Shown here: positions 15,233 through 28,286 of the stretch, piece by piece
Position numbering within the stretch: the first letter of the stretch is position 1
Layout: every line of letters begins with the position of its first letter
Assembly: GCA_905331295.1 (NCBI GenBank)
Contig: CAJNYD010000017.1
Span: forward strand, 1 to 64,000
DNA length: 64,000 nt
Source: Rotaria socialis
Lineage: Eukaryota
Direction: 5' to 3'
Position numbers and translations under genes: made by a program
The notes under the pieces: model-generated
Database searches by the model: none
Told to the model about the DNA's origin: nothing
Seen by the model: the letters and a program-made list of their open reading frames with translations, nothing else

Positions 15233-18200
15233 GATTAAATAAAAATATTACTGTGTAAAAACAAAAGGCAATTTATAATCTGTTCGTTCTTGTACGTGTT
15301 GTATTTCAGTGCATAATTGAGATCGTTTATCTGGAATTTCAAAAGCATCATATGAATAATGATGAAGACAAAACATAGCACATATTTTAGATACTTAAGT
15401 ATTACCTATGATATACATAAACGAAGAGAAAAAAGAAGAGACGTTCGAAGTACAGGGTACATTTACCAACGAATGGAATGAAACAGAGGCCGAGATAAGT
15501 AGGTACATGTACTTTTTTGCCATTACAATAAAATGATGCTGTGCCTCGGAAAAAAAAGAGAAAAGATGGCGCTCGAAACAAGAACATGTATAAGGCCAAA
15601 AAAAAATGAATTTACAACGATTGATATGGCCACGAATAAAATTATTAAAAGCATATTAAATACACCACATTCTTTTTCTAGTCTAAAGAGTTAATTTTCA
15701 TTCGGTTTGAATGAAATTAAAAATTTCAACCTGTTTTAAATAATTTGATGATTTTTCATAATTTCAAAACGATTTTGTTAGAGATTTCTCTATGAAAAAC
15801 TAGTTTCAATATATTGATAGGAGATCCTAAAAAAACAATTTGCACATGTTTCAAACGTATTTTTACTCATTTCTCAACATTGCGCAAAACGTTTTCGATT
15901 CAGTTCGGGATCCATATTTGTCGTTTTTAACATCACGCCTTTTTTTATCAATTCAACTGAGAATTAGCTGCAACTAATTAAACAGGATGTAGTTGTCACA
16001 TGTGCCAGTAGTTCTTCAGCGCGAAATCCGTATGGGTTTCGTTCACCTGAGAGTATGAAGAATAGCGTGAAAATTGATTTTTAGCAAGTGTGAAAGATAG
16101 AAATATGAGTTCAATTGAGCTATTTTTCATCAGAGGGAAATCCGATATTTTCTATTCTTCGTTATTCCCAAATGTTTTCGATGAAATTATTTGAGATTCA
16201 CAATCCTTTCTCATCGCCGAGAAAGCAACGAATTACTGCACTAATGTCCACCTAAACTATAGACAACATCAGAAAGCGATGTTATTCAAAATCTTGCCAT
16301 TCTTGGGCAGCATGAAATCTTCGTTCAGTACGACCTCTATTTTGAAACAGATAATAAGGCTCTAGAGTGTAGGCGGTTGCCCTGATCATCATTCAATAAC
16401 AATGAATATACCAGCTTTTATATAAACTATTTCTGCATTAGAAATAAAATAAATCTGTTGTCATGGTAATATATTGTAAAGTGCAATAAAAATGAAATAT
16501 GGAAAAAATCGATTATTGGAATCAATAATGATAAACCTAAATTTTTCTGGTTAGATTATAACATCGTAAGTAGAGAGAATTATTTCGAGATAATTATAAT
16601 TCCTATAAATAGTTTTTCAGAGTACACAAGCAGAAAATTAGGCTTTACCTTAAGCGAAAGAGAAAAAGAGAGATTTTTCTTTATTAACATTATATGCTTT
16701 CAAGTAATACTTTTCTCATTAAATATTTACTTTAGAAAGTTAAAGTAATTTTATAAGTGTTGAACATTTTACAAAATACAACACTAATGACAATATCTTG
16801 CTTCTACTCGATTCAAGTAGTCTACGAGGTAAACAGTAGATGTATGATAAAGAACGGTAATCATTACATAATGGAAAAACAGAATTGTCAAACAGATGTT
16901 GTTTTGGTATTGAAAACATTTGATAATTTAGAAAAATGACTTTGACTTGCCTGATAAGAAACAACTAAAATGAAGAAAACAAAAAGAGACGATCACATTA
17001 TTTTTTTTCATCGAATTTTATATACAGTACAGTGTAGAAATGGTTCTTGATTGAGACTGCATTGTTTTTCTGTGAAAAAGAGGAAATTACTCAACAAAGA
17101 GCTATGTACAGAATACACATTTCACAATACTTACAGATGTCGGAATAGTTTACTAAACATTTTTGGAGTTTAGAAAAGTACATTTGTTCGCTGAGAAAAT
17201 TAGTCTTCTACTTTCCATCATTTAATATACCGTCACAAACAGTACGATGGTTGATTGATTTCGAAAATGATTTTTATTCTAGCGTCGTCTACTTGGCTTG
17301 GTAACTATGTCTATGAGTGATGCACGATTTCGAAAATATCAGACTTTCTTACGCAATCGACCTGAGTCAAAGATGACAGTCATCCATTAAGAAATTAGTT
17401 AACGCTTCACGAAGCAAATCAGGAAACACGATATTCTATGACACTCGTTGTGTCATAAAGCGAGCCTTTTCGATAGCGTAAGAAAGCTCGTGCGACTCTC
17501 TCAATGAGTCTTGAAAGACCGAAAATTGAATGCAAATCGTATAATATCAAATGCATTTCTTTATATTTGTTTCTGTGTAAAATCTCTTGTCTGACCTGAC
17601 AAAACTTTGCAGAAAAAAGTTCACTCTTTTGAGTAAGAAGACCGCCAAAGTCTCTACATAGTGTTGTTGCCATATTATAGTAAAAATAAATTCAACACAA
17701 AGCTTTTACATCATCTTTCGAGAATTTCGAAAGCTGTCGTTCTACCAGTAAATATTTTCTATTTAATAAAATAAAATAATATTTATTCACGCAACCGAAA
17801 GAAAAAACACTCAATAACTTTTCTTTTTTGAAGCCCAGTGACGAAACAGAAGATTGCTTTTCGAATACAACAAACAACAGGAAAAAAATGGTTAAGTTGT
17901 AAGATCACATATTGTGAAATACAGACGAGTAGTATTAACCAAACTTGATTGCATATAACACTTAATCAACAATAAAAAGTAGTCTCCCCGTTTGGTAGGC
18001 AACTCTTGAAAAATGAGAAACATTAGCATATTCTATAAAAAAAGGACTCTTTCTTCGATAAGTATGCTTGAAAAAATAAGATTTTTATATTGTATCTTCT
18101 GTTATTGAGATACTCTCAAAGGTTATTTATTCATCAACTCATTGTGCACTATATTTGGTTCCTATTCAACGATATTTCAAAAAGCAATTTATCTTTTATG

Positions 18201-18644
18201 TTCAAAAATGAATTCCTGATGTAAATTCTCAACAAGTGTTCTAAAATTTTTGAAAAAAAAGATTTACTCTGTGTAAAATTATTCAATATTCTTTTAAACA
18301 GGCATAATCCCAAATCCTGCGGCATTCATGATTTTTTGAAAGCTGTTTATTACGACCTAAAAATGAAAACTTTGCCTTTTATCACGTCCGTAATTGAACC
18401 TAAACTAAACCAGTTATACTGGAAAAAAAAACTTTTTTTCATATACACGAGAACGTTCGTGTACTTAAATTAAGCTTACTATGGATTTGTATTCATTCTA
18501 CTAATACCGCTTTGGTTGACTATACATGTATTTCTCCAATTTTGGAGTATTTATACTCACGATAATTGTCTCAATGTAGTTTTCTTTCAATATTGTTATA
18601 TTCAAAATCTAGAAAAGCCTAAAACTCAATTAAATTATTCTTAG

Positions 18645-21600
18645 ATGTATGATCGAGCACCACGTTCATTTCAACTTAAAATTGGCTGTACACCAGATCA
18701 TGTTGGACCTGGTACCTATGATCAACGAAGGAAAAAAATTGCTGAAGGTTTGTTCATTTTATCTTCATGATTGACAATTATATTTTTTGAATCTTATTCG
18801 TGTAAAATTCTAAATAGAAAGTTATGCGCCATTTCTATCCCTTTCTAATCGTGGTAATATATTTTCCAGTGAAGATAATCCGGGACCCGGCTACTACGAT
18901 ATTCGCAATGCTCCTTCACCAACAATAAAAGTAAGATTGGATAACTTATTTCGTGTTATCTTTCTTGGTCTGCCTTCGAATTTTCTATTGAAGAAAACAA
19001 AGAGGATTAGAATATCTTGTTCTTTATTTTTGTAATAAACCATTATATATTCTAAAATAAATATGGTTATTATGATCAGATGAGAATTAGTATTCAAACA
19101 AAAAAAAAAGAAGAAAGAAGATGAGATTGAAAATAACTTTGTCTTCTTGTTTTATTTATTTTATGTTGAATATTGAATAAGAAAAAAAAGCTTAGAGTTA
19201 CGATGAATAGATAAGCAACGCGTGTTAATTTGACTTTCAATGAATATATCAAATACTCTTTCACGTATCATCATAATGGATGTTTTAATCTCAAATAAAT
19301 ATTTTATTTTGAATTGCACAAACGCTCGGCTGCTCTTTCACGTATTTCTGTTCGTTTACGTTCGCTGATATTCGGTTGAAGATCATTAATCATTTCGTCC
19401 ATAAGACCATGGGTCAGAGCTGAACAATCATTAAATGGTAAAAATTCATCGGATGATTTGTATATGTTAAAATATTTTTCAGTAAATCTTTCTAATTCAT
19501 AGCGTTTTTCGTTTGACCAATTAGCATAATCATTGACTTGATTTACAAATTCTTTAATAAACAAAGCTTTATCTTCATCACTAACATAAGAACTTTCAAG
19601 TAACATAGTTTTTAAAAGAGGGAAATTCCATTCAACAGAATAAGTTGAAGTTTCGAGAATATGAGCCACATTGAATAAAAGTTTAAGGGGATTAAGACGG
19701 CGCATTATGTTTGCTTTTGGTTTGATAAATACAGCCGTTGGAGACGATGATGCATCCTCAATTTCATGCGGCTCTCCAGAATTTAATGTTACAAGAAAGA
19801 TCAGCATATATTGGAATATAATCATTGATTTAAACATTTTTAATGATTGAGACTTTATAGAACGGACCAGATTTGTCTTTGTTTGCGTGTTCACAGCAGT
19901 GTCAATAAGGAATGTATGAAAGAGGAAAATGCGAGAGTTGTTTCTTCAAATTTTCTTCTTATGAAAAAAAAGAAAAGGGCGAAAAAGAAAGAAAAGAAGA
20001 GAGAGCGATAGAGATAGAGAGAGAGAGAGAGAGAGAGAGGAAATGATCTGTTTACTTCTGCGTCTTCATTGGTGGAAGATGATTCGTAATTAATTATTAG
20101 ATTTTAATGATTAACCACCATAAAGGGTGCTATTTCAAGGACACATCCGCGTAGGATTTTTTTTCTGGCAACTGACTATGAATATTCACTTAAGGTGAAT
20201 GGAAATATTCTACTGTACTGTGCTCTTTTTTTGCCTTTGATGATAATTTGACTTTATGTGTCAGCAAAAACAAAACAACAAATATTTCTCAACGTATGAA
20301 ATTTTTAAGTCATGACACGTACAGTCATTCATCAAATAACAAATATAAAACATTTGTTTTAATCCATGAATCTCTCATAATGATACCTATTAATTTTTTT
20401 TTAATCGTATTGATAATTCTTTACACGCAACTAATTATATATAGATATAGATGCACAAGAGAAAATTACCCTGTCTTTTTATTACAATAATTCATGACGA
20501 AGTTGTTTTAAAACGATGAGAATATTCATGAATAGAGCATTGAAGAAAATATAGAATTATTAGAAATTCACTTTGTTTTTTGTTTACTTCATATCGCCTG
20601 ATACAAACTTCTTTCATATGTTCTCATTTCGTTTCTTTTACGGTTATTGAACACTATCATGCCAATGGTATAAACGCATCAAAAGAGGTTTATCATCCTA
20701 TGCATTGTTTTGTTGCATAGTTGGAAAAAGAAAACAAAAAGATGATCGATATATTCTATTTTTATTTCTTTGATTCAGGATATTATTCAATAATCAATCT
20801 CAAGTGATCATTAGAAAAATAATTGAGCGGTTTCTTGCTTGCTGTTTTGATCCTTCTATTAATAATCATATTCAACAGGATTCTTTTTCTTTGAGGGAGG
20901 AAGTACATTAGCCAACAAAGCAAGTCGCTTCAATTCGAAAGCTTCCGATGACACGCCAGGTACACTCTATAGATACACATATGCATACATACAACATTTG
21001 AGAAAAAAAAATGTGTTCTTAGGGCCCGGTGCTTATGAATTAGATTCAATACAAACAGCTCGTTCTATTATCGTTGATAATGTCAAAGCAAGTTAACATC
21101 TAACATTCAGAATAATGCATGTTATGTTATGTTATGTTATGTTTTTTTCTTCTTTTTCCTATTTAAAATAGCATCCGCGTCATCATACATTTAGTTTTAA
21201 TGGAAAATTAGTTCCACCTTCAATACCGGATCCAAAATTTGCGTTCGGTTTTGAAGAAGATGGTAGAGGAAAACTTGTACCACAACATCCGCCTGAACGA
21301 GATGCAAGTTTAGGTCCTGCTTTTTATAATTCATCATCGTCTGTATGATTATTTTATGTTATTCATTAAATTGTTTTCTTATATAAGAAAATTTAGCTAG
21401 AACATGATACAACCAAACATTATCAGGGTGTCCATTTTGGTAAATATTCGAGTAAACGTACAGATTTTTCGGGCAAATCAGGTCCTGGTCCAGGTGATTA
21501 TGATCTAAATGAACCATTTAAACTTGAAGTTCAACATATGAATTTGAAACAATGGGATAAACGACCAGAATTACAAGTACCACGATATCCTGATGTTCTA

Positions 21601-22903
21601 CTTAAAACAGTTGCTAAAGATGTAATGAAAAAAATTAAATAAAAAGCAAAAAAAGAAATCCTTCGTTTTGAATTTAGAGTGTTCCCGGACCCGGTCAATA
21701 TTTAATAAAACGTGATCTTGATCCTGAACCATCGAAAAATGATATAACAGGACTTGAATTTGAACGACCACCATTTGGTTCACAAACTAAAGTATTTGAA
21801 ATCAACATTAAGCACATCAAATTTTTCATAGTTTTTTAATAGCGTTTTGAAAAACCGATATCTGAAATTCCCGGTCCTGCGACCTATGATGATAAAATTG
21901 TAACAGCGTTTAGTTCTATTTTCAACAAGCCAACAAGTCTTAAACGAACACCCTTTAATCAAACAGCCGCTCGATTTCTTTCATTTGATTACAAGTCATC
22001 AAGTGCACCCGGTCCTGGTCAATATCGTATATCTAGTTTTGCTGATGACAATTTACGTCGAGCTGTTCTTGAAGGTGGTAAAAAACCACCATTTAATGTT
22101 GCTTCCATGCGTCGATTAATGATAACACGTAACGATGCCTCTCAAACACCTGGTAAAAAAAATCTCGATTTCTGCTTGTTCTAATTACTAATAATAATCT
22201 ATTTATCTAACACTAAAGGTCCTAGTAGTTATAACATTAAAACTCGACCATTTAAACCAATAATGCAACAACCATCAGCTAACTTTATTTCTCATACTGC
22301 TAGAGAACCTATCATTGAAGTAAATCTAATTTCCTAATTTTCGTGTCTTACCAGTGTTTACTTTCATAGGACATACCCGGTCCAACAGCGTATGATGTTC
22401 CACGTGCTTATCAAGCATTGACGTCTCAACATCGAAAATCACCACGCTCAAAGAATGCTCGTATACGGCATAGTCAATTCTTAAGCGCCGCCAAACGAAC
22501 ATTTGCTAGTGAAATTTCAAGTGATACACCTGGACCCGGTGCATACGATAGTTTGATCTCTCCACGTACACAAGGTTATGCGCCTGTAAAAGCACAACGT
22601 TTTCAATATGAAGTGGAAAAATTACCGGGTCCTGCTGATTATGAAGTAAGAAATATAACAACAATAACAGCAAGAAAAAAAATCTATTCACTGCAACCTA
22701 ATATTTTCTGTTTTTAGCTCTCACCACTTATGCAAGACACTGTTCTTCGTGGAACATTCAATTCGAAATTAAATAATCCTATATTAGCTAAATTAAAAAG
22801 TCGCGCATTAAGAGATGACCAATCACTTCTTTTTGAATCAAGTTCTACTACAAAATTACCAGTTACCGGTGAATCTACTGGTGACATAGGCGCGCAAGCA
22901 TAA
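18645..22903 (+). CDS. STPG2: Sperm-tail PG-rich repeat protein 2-like (SHIPPO repeats), multi-exon
   Basis: Starts MYDRAPR...HVGPGTYD. Many PGPGxY repeats across the exons. The 18931-20895 intron joins PTIK|GGSTLANKASRF. Last exon LSPLMQDTVLRGTFNSKLNNP; stop 22903. Confidence 0.85.
19304..19837 (-). CDS. Intronless predicted secreted protein (177 aa) of unknown family, nested antisense in the STPG2 intron
   Basis: ATG 19837 gives MFKSMIIFQYMLIFLVTLNSGEP (signal-peptide-like). Open for 177 codons in AT-rich DNA. Helical, with two Cys near the C-terminus. A GA microsatellite lies upstream. Confidence 0.7.
   Translation of the reverse strand: MFKSMIIFQYMLIFLVTLNSGEPHEIEDASSSPTAVFIKPKANIMRRLNPLKLLFNVAHILETSTYSVEWNFPLLKTMLLESSYVSDEDKALFIKEFVNQVNDYANWSNEKRYELERFTEKYFNIYKSSDEFLPFNDCSALTHGLMDEMINDLQPNISERKRTEIRERAAERLCNSK
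19998..20040. repeat. (GA)n microsatellite
   Basis: AGAGAGAGCGATAGAGATAGAGAGAGAGAGAGAGAGAGAGAGG. Confidence 0.9.
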
Positions 22904-23567
22904 AACTAGACTCAGTAAATAATAACTTATTTTATATTTTTCTTGTATAGAACTTATTGAATAAATAAATGAATAAAAGAAACAGTCAATATGTAGCACT
23001 ATCTTTTGATATTTTGTTACAGAACATCATGTTTAATAAGTAGTTAATATCGAGTGTTCATTTTTCACATTAATTCTATACAAAGCACTTTCTCCTTAAT
23101 TATGTTAATATTCGTTGTCAGTCTAATGAGAGAGAAATTCATGCTTCAGATTACAATAATTATATTCTTTCGTCATAAATTAATAATATTTGACTTTATA
23201 TGCTTGAACCGCTTAAATATTCATAATATAAATGCTATTAGTAGTTATTTGTACTCTTTAATTTATTTGATTGTTCGAATTCCTATATGCAAAATATTCA
23301 TGTGTGCATTCAACTATTTTTTCACATAAGAACGGTTATTTCCGCATCTTCTCTCTGTACTATTACTTTCGAGACGTTTGCTTTTCATAATGAGCTCAAC
23401 AAAGAAAATAATTTGCTGTGGCAATTTTAGAAGATAAAGTGTCATCTATTTTATTATTCGGCATCCGATGTGCCAATTAGAATAAAAAGGAGTATGTCTT
23501 TTATATGTTGACCTATTTCAAATTCAATTTATTTTACCAGAAAAAAAGAAAATACAACAAGTTACTA

Positions 23568-24301
23568 TTAACAACCTAAATGATAAACAAGTCCGTCTAA
23601 ATAGGCATCAACTTTTAGATCAGGTAGATTCAACATAACTAATTCCACATTTGCTTCGTCAAGCATTTGCATGGTTACATCATCATGACCAACCCAATTA
23701 TCACGTTTAATCGTTGTACTTATTTTATAGAATTGTTCATGAACAAAGATTTTTTTAATACCACTCTGAATGATAGCACTAGAATAAAAATACAGCGAAA
23801 AAGAAAACAATTATTCCAAATCCTCATGAAAACTTACCGTGCACAATCTACACAAGGTAATGCTTGTACATACAATGTTGCACCGTCAGTTCGTATTCCG
23901 TGTCGAGCAGCTGTAAATATTGCATTACGCTCAGCATGTTCAAAATACATGTATTTGATAGGTCGTTGAAAACGATTAGGTAAATCGTGAACTCCTGTTG
24001 AGAGGAAAAGATTTTGTTATAAGAACGGATCTGTCTGTTATTTAATCACCTTCAGGTATTCCATTGTATCCTGATACAAGGTCACGTCTGTCGCGTACAA
24101 GTACCGCACCTATTTTTGTTCGAGGATCTTTTGATTTTTCAGCTAGAAAAAGATCAAACATAATGCTTTTAATTCTCTTATTCATTTCATCAAACCTGTT
24201 AAATAAACTTTAAGCATGAAAAGTTCATTCCAATTCGGTGGTTTATAATCTTCAAATGGTACACCTACTGGTAGTGATTTAAAGCTTGTATGTCCGTTCA
24301 T
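23568..24301 (-). CDS. dCMP deaminase / ComEB-like zinc-dependent deaminase, bacterial-type, three introns
   Basis: Spliced: MNGHTS...WNELFMLKVYL|AEKSKDPRTKIGAVLV...SGYNGIPEG|VHDLPNRFQRPIKYMYFEHAERNAIFTAARHG...ALPCVDCAR|AIIQSGIKKI...HLGC*. Contains the HAE and PCxxC zinc motifs. Confidence 0.9.
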
Positions 24302-24527
24302 TTTTGACTTGATCTGTAATTTATGTATTTTTTTTTTCTTCTTGAATTTATTTCTTACAATGTGATCATCATTTATATAGATATCAAGAATTGATACGTG
24401 ACTATTGTAGAGAGAAGAAAACGAGAAAAAATAATCAGCTTTATTGTTTTCTTTTTCATGCATTTTTCACATTCCAGACGGACGAGAAGGGACAGCAAAA
24501 AAAACAAAGATAAACGAAAGAATAAAG

Positions 24528-27500
24528 TTAATCGTCAGAAAAGTATTCGGCATCATCATTGGCTGCTGCTGCTGATGATGATGTATTCTTCTTTGAACCA
24601 GGCACTGCTGTTGTAGATTCTAGAAAGAAAAAACAGATAAAATAAAATACAAAAATATTTTACAAAATAAACTTTGATCAACTGGAACTCCCATCGGTGA
24701 TACCATTTGAACATAAGCTTCGGGTACAAGACCTGATCGTTCGCGTCCTTTAGCAACAAGCCAACCTTCATATTCAGGTTTCGATTCGATAAATATCTTA
24801 TCGTCCTTTCGAACAGACATTTCATCATCATTTGTACCTTCAAAATCATATAAAACAATCGCTTGACATGGATACATAGGTGATGGAACTTGGTTCTTTG
24901 ACGAAGGCTCATTCTTCAAAAACAAAATTAAATCTTATCAATTAAAAAACAAAATTTCTCCATGAAAACTATTATAATACTTCGATCTGAGTTGTTGATA
25001 CATTAGCATCACCTATTGGATTCCCAATATTATTTGCTGTATTTTCCTAGATTATAAAAATGAAATATTATAAAAGAATAAAAGATTCTTAATATCATCA
25101 ATTTTTCATAGAAAGAAAATTGAATTAATTATCAAAGGAAATTATAAGAGTCTTAAGATAAAACATAATAGTCACATTGCTATTTTACATCCGGAATTAA
25201 ACATTACATACGTCATTGTAAATTTGAGCTATTTCTATCTTTGATATTAATAGATAGAAATTTTCAGAAAATAGAATGTTTTGCTCTTATGAAATCATCC
25301 GGTTAATGTCAAACTGACAAATTCAGTGTCTCGTGATACGAGACAATAAGTTGCCTACGACATTTTTACTTAACGTAGGAAACCTCTATTTATTTTAACA
25401 AATGACAGGTTATCCTCTCTACATTCAATAGTAATATTACACTCGTTATAAGTATATACAAATGCATTCAGAGTTCGATTTCTGCTCGTATGACGTATTT
25501 GAAAGTTTTACGAATTTGGAAAATATGAAAATAATTTTTATTCAGATAATACTGACCGTTTTCGAACTTGAAATAAATGGCTTTAGACTTCCTATTAATT
25601 TCGATCCAGCAGTGCGAGCTGATGCCGATATTGTTTTTATTTCAGGAACTAATGTTTCTAAAAATATTGAAATTTTTACAAATGACATCGAATTTCTATT
25701 GCATCTTTTTTGTGATATTTTACCTAATGAATCAATTATAAATGAAACCATTGTTTTGCGCATCTAGACAGGAAATCGATCATATATGAATATAGAGTGC
25801 GAAGATAGTTCATACTTCCATTCGTTTAAGTTTAATTTTTGCTGCATCGATCCGTGAATCCTAGGCAAATAGAAAAGAAAGTAGTTATTATCAAAATGAT
25901 ACATACGATGAAAAAATCGTTAGTATAGCGCGATAACCACACGTCGGAAAAATTCCGTAGTTTTATTATCAAAATGTAAAAAGTTTCTTTAAGAAAGCTG
26001 TTTTAACAAATATTTCATTTAAAATACTTTTCAAAAGCTGAATAATACACTACATGTTCATATAAAATCAGTAATACGCTAGCAAAGCTATGTGAGATTT
26101 GTCTAACAAGCGTTCTATAGGAATGAATTTGATAGGATCAATAAAAGTATAATTTTGACTACTGAAAAAACAAATTTTCCTAGGAAACGGAAGTCATCCT
26201 CTAAATTCCAGAAGTGTGGTGACAAATTTTTGAAGCCTTGGAACATATTTTCAACAAAAAAATGATCGAATCTCGATGATGAACAATTGTCATGCTATAT
26301 TAAAAACTATTCTCTACTCGTACTTTGTTCTGTTGTGCATTAAGTAGTGAACTTTCTAAAGCCAATTGAATTTGTTGATCTACATCACGTAAATCATTTG
26401 CAGCTGATTGATAGCATGATAAAAATTGGCCATGATGTTTCTCTTCGGTAATAATTTGATCACTCTTAAGCAATAAATAACAAAAGTTAGTAATAAATAA
26501 GTAGAAATCTTGATATTCTACTTGATTGGCTACAAGAACTAAAGGATAATTTTGAAATGTTTTCGGTAATAAACGGCGCTTTTGTTCGTCGCCATCCTGT
26601 ATACCAAAAAAAACCCTAAGATTTGATAATCGATACTGCTCAAGTTTAAGATATTACTTGAGCAGCCACATGAATAGCACGTTGAAGTGTATCGCGAAGA
26701 CGCTTATATTCAATATAGACAAGATCCTCGAGTACTTGTTCGATTTGTGGAAAAATATCACATACAAGTAACTAAATACGACAAAATTAAAGCGAATCAT
26801 AAATCAATTTAATTTTCAAACTTTGTCGAGATCAATGATAAATTGTTCAATATAAAACTTTAATGCATAATTCATTTGTTGAACATGTAAAATATACATA
26901 TTTCGAGTGTCAACAACAGCATTCTCAAGTCTTTCCAGTTCATTCTAAAAGCAACTTCTCTTTTTTTGTATTATTAAAATTGAACTATTTTTACTTTTGG
27001 CAACATTTTTTCTTTAATTCGTTTGATGCTACTTTCTTTCTCTTTAGCTGAATTAATATGTTGTCGTAATCGTTCACATGCATCATCATATGTACGTTTC
27101 GATTTTATTGTACGACGTTCAATGTCAACCATTTCTTTCATTATTTCATCGTCATAGAGTAAAACCTAGTTTTGACAAAAACTAAAATTCGATAGGGCTG
27201 AAGTAGAAGACAACAAGAGGATTGATGATCTCAAACTTCGAGTTCGCGATATTTGAGCTTCTCGTCATATGAGTTTCGAACATTTGATCTTAATAAGCTT
27301 GTCAATCTCGAAGTTTATTTTTTTTTTGAGTGGAATTTACATGTTGTGCGCATATGCAATCGAACAGAAAGTACTCATATTTAAGAGAGCTGACATATGA
27401 ATATTATTCTGTAAAGATGATCCACCTGCCTATGTACTAAAAATAGATATGTCTTACTTTACTATGTTCGTCTACTTTTTCATTTCTAATTCTTTTTAAA

Positions 27501-28188
27501 TTTTCTAAAATAACTTGTTTAAGTACAGGATGTGATGCCTCACGTTGAGCATAATGTTCCATTAATTCCTTTAATGCTGTTGTCCAGCTCGAGCCAATAA
27601 TACTAAAACAGTCAACAAAAAAATCAGTTAAAAAACCGACTACCAATAAATAAAATTGCCAAAGCAAAGCAATCGTCTACATTCTTAAATAATAAAATCA
27701 AAAGAAGAAAGAGAGCGAAATAATCTTGTGTGTTCTCAGAATACCTTGGCCCGAGATAGGACATGCCTTGTGCATGTTCTAGCGACTTTTGCAAGCTAGC
27801 GTTCATTTTCTATAATAATAAGATATGTTAGTTACGCGTGAAACACTCGAACGAGAGAAAAAATCGAACAACAATGTATGACATATATATCTAAAGAAAA
27901 TAAGATTACCTCGTGTGTATGTTTTTCCGTTTTATAGAATGATTCAACTGTTGACCTAAAATTAAAAGTTAAGATGAAAAAAATTGCCATTTACACAAGA
28001 AAAAAAGAATCATTTACATCATATCGTCAACTATAGTGATTTGGTCATTTGTGTAACATTTTAAACGATTGTGAATACCATTGAGTGATGTTTCAATACT
28101 TTGTTTATCATTGCCAATCTATCATAAATCATAATAGGTAGTTTTCTTCTCTGTTGATCATATTTCTTACTTCTGATATTGCAGACAT
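24528..28188 (-). CDS. F-BAR-like coiled-coil + C-terminal SH3 domain protein, multi-exon
   Basis: Exons from ATG 28188 (MSAISE|IGNDKQ...). Helical segment SSWTTALKELMEHYAQREASHPVLKQVILENL. SH3: CQAIVLYDFEGTNDDEMSVRKDD...EGWLVAK...GLVPEAYV. Last exon ends AEYFSDD* at 24528. SH3 is certain; F-BAR is inferred. Confidence 0.75.
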
Positions 28189-28286
28189 GACAAAACACAA
28201 CAAAAAAAAATCAATCTGAAACAATAATGACCTAAAGAGATATCGTGTATTCAGAGAACAAGCAATACAAAAAAATTCAAATAATT

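Noticed and set aside
17000..17700. Possible small spliced minus-strand gene (splice-like sites near 17070-17190, ORF 17419-17673)
   Set aside because: Could not assemble a consistent open frame or recognise a domain.
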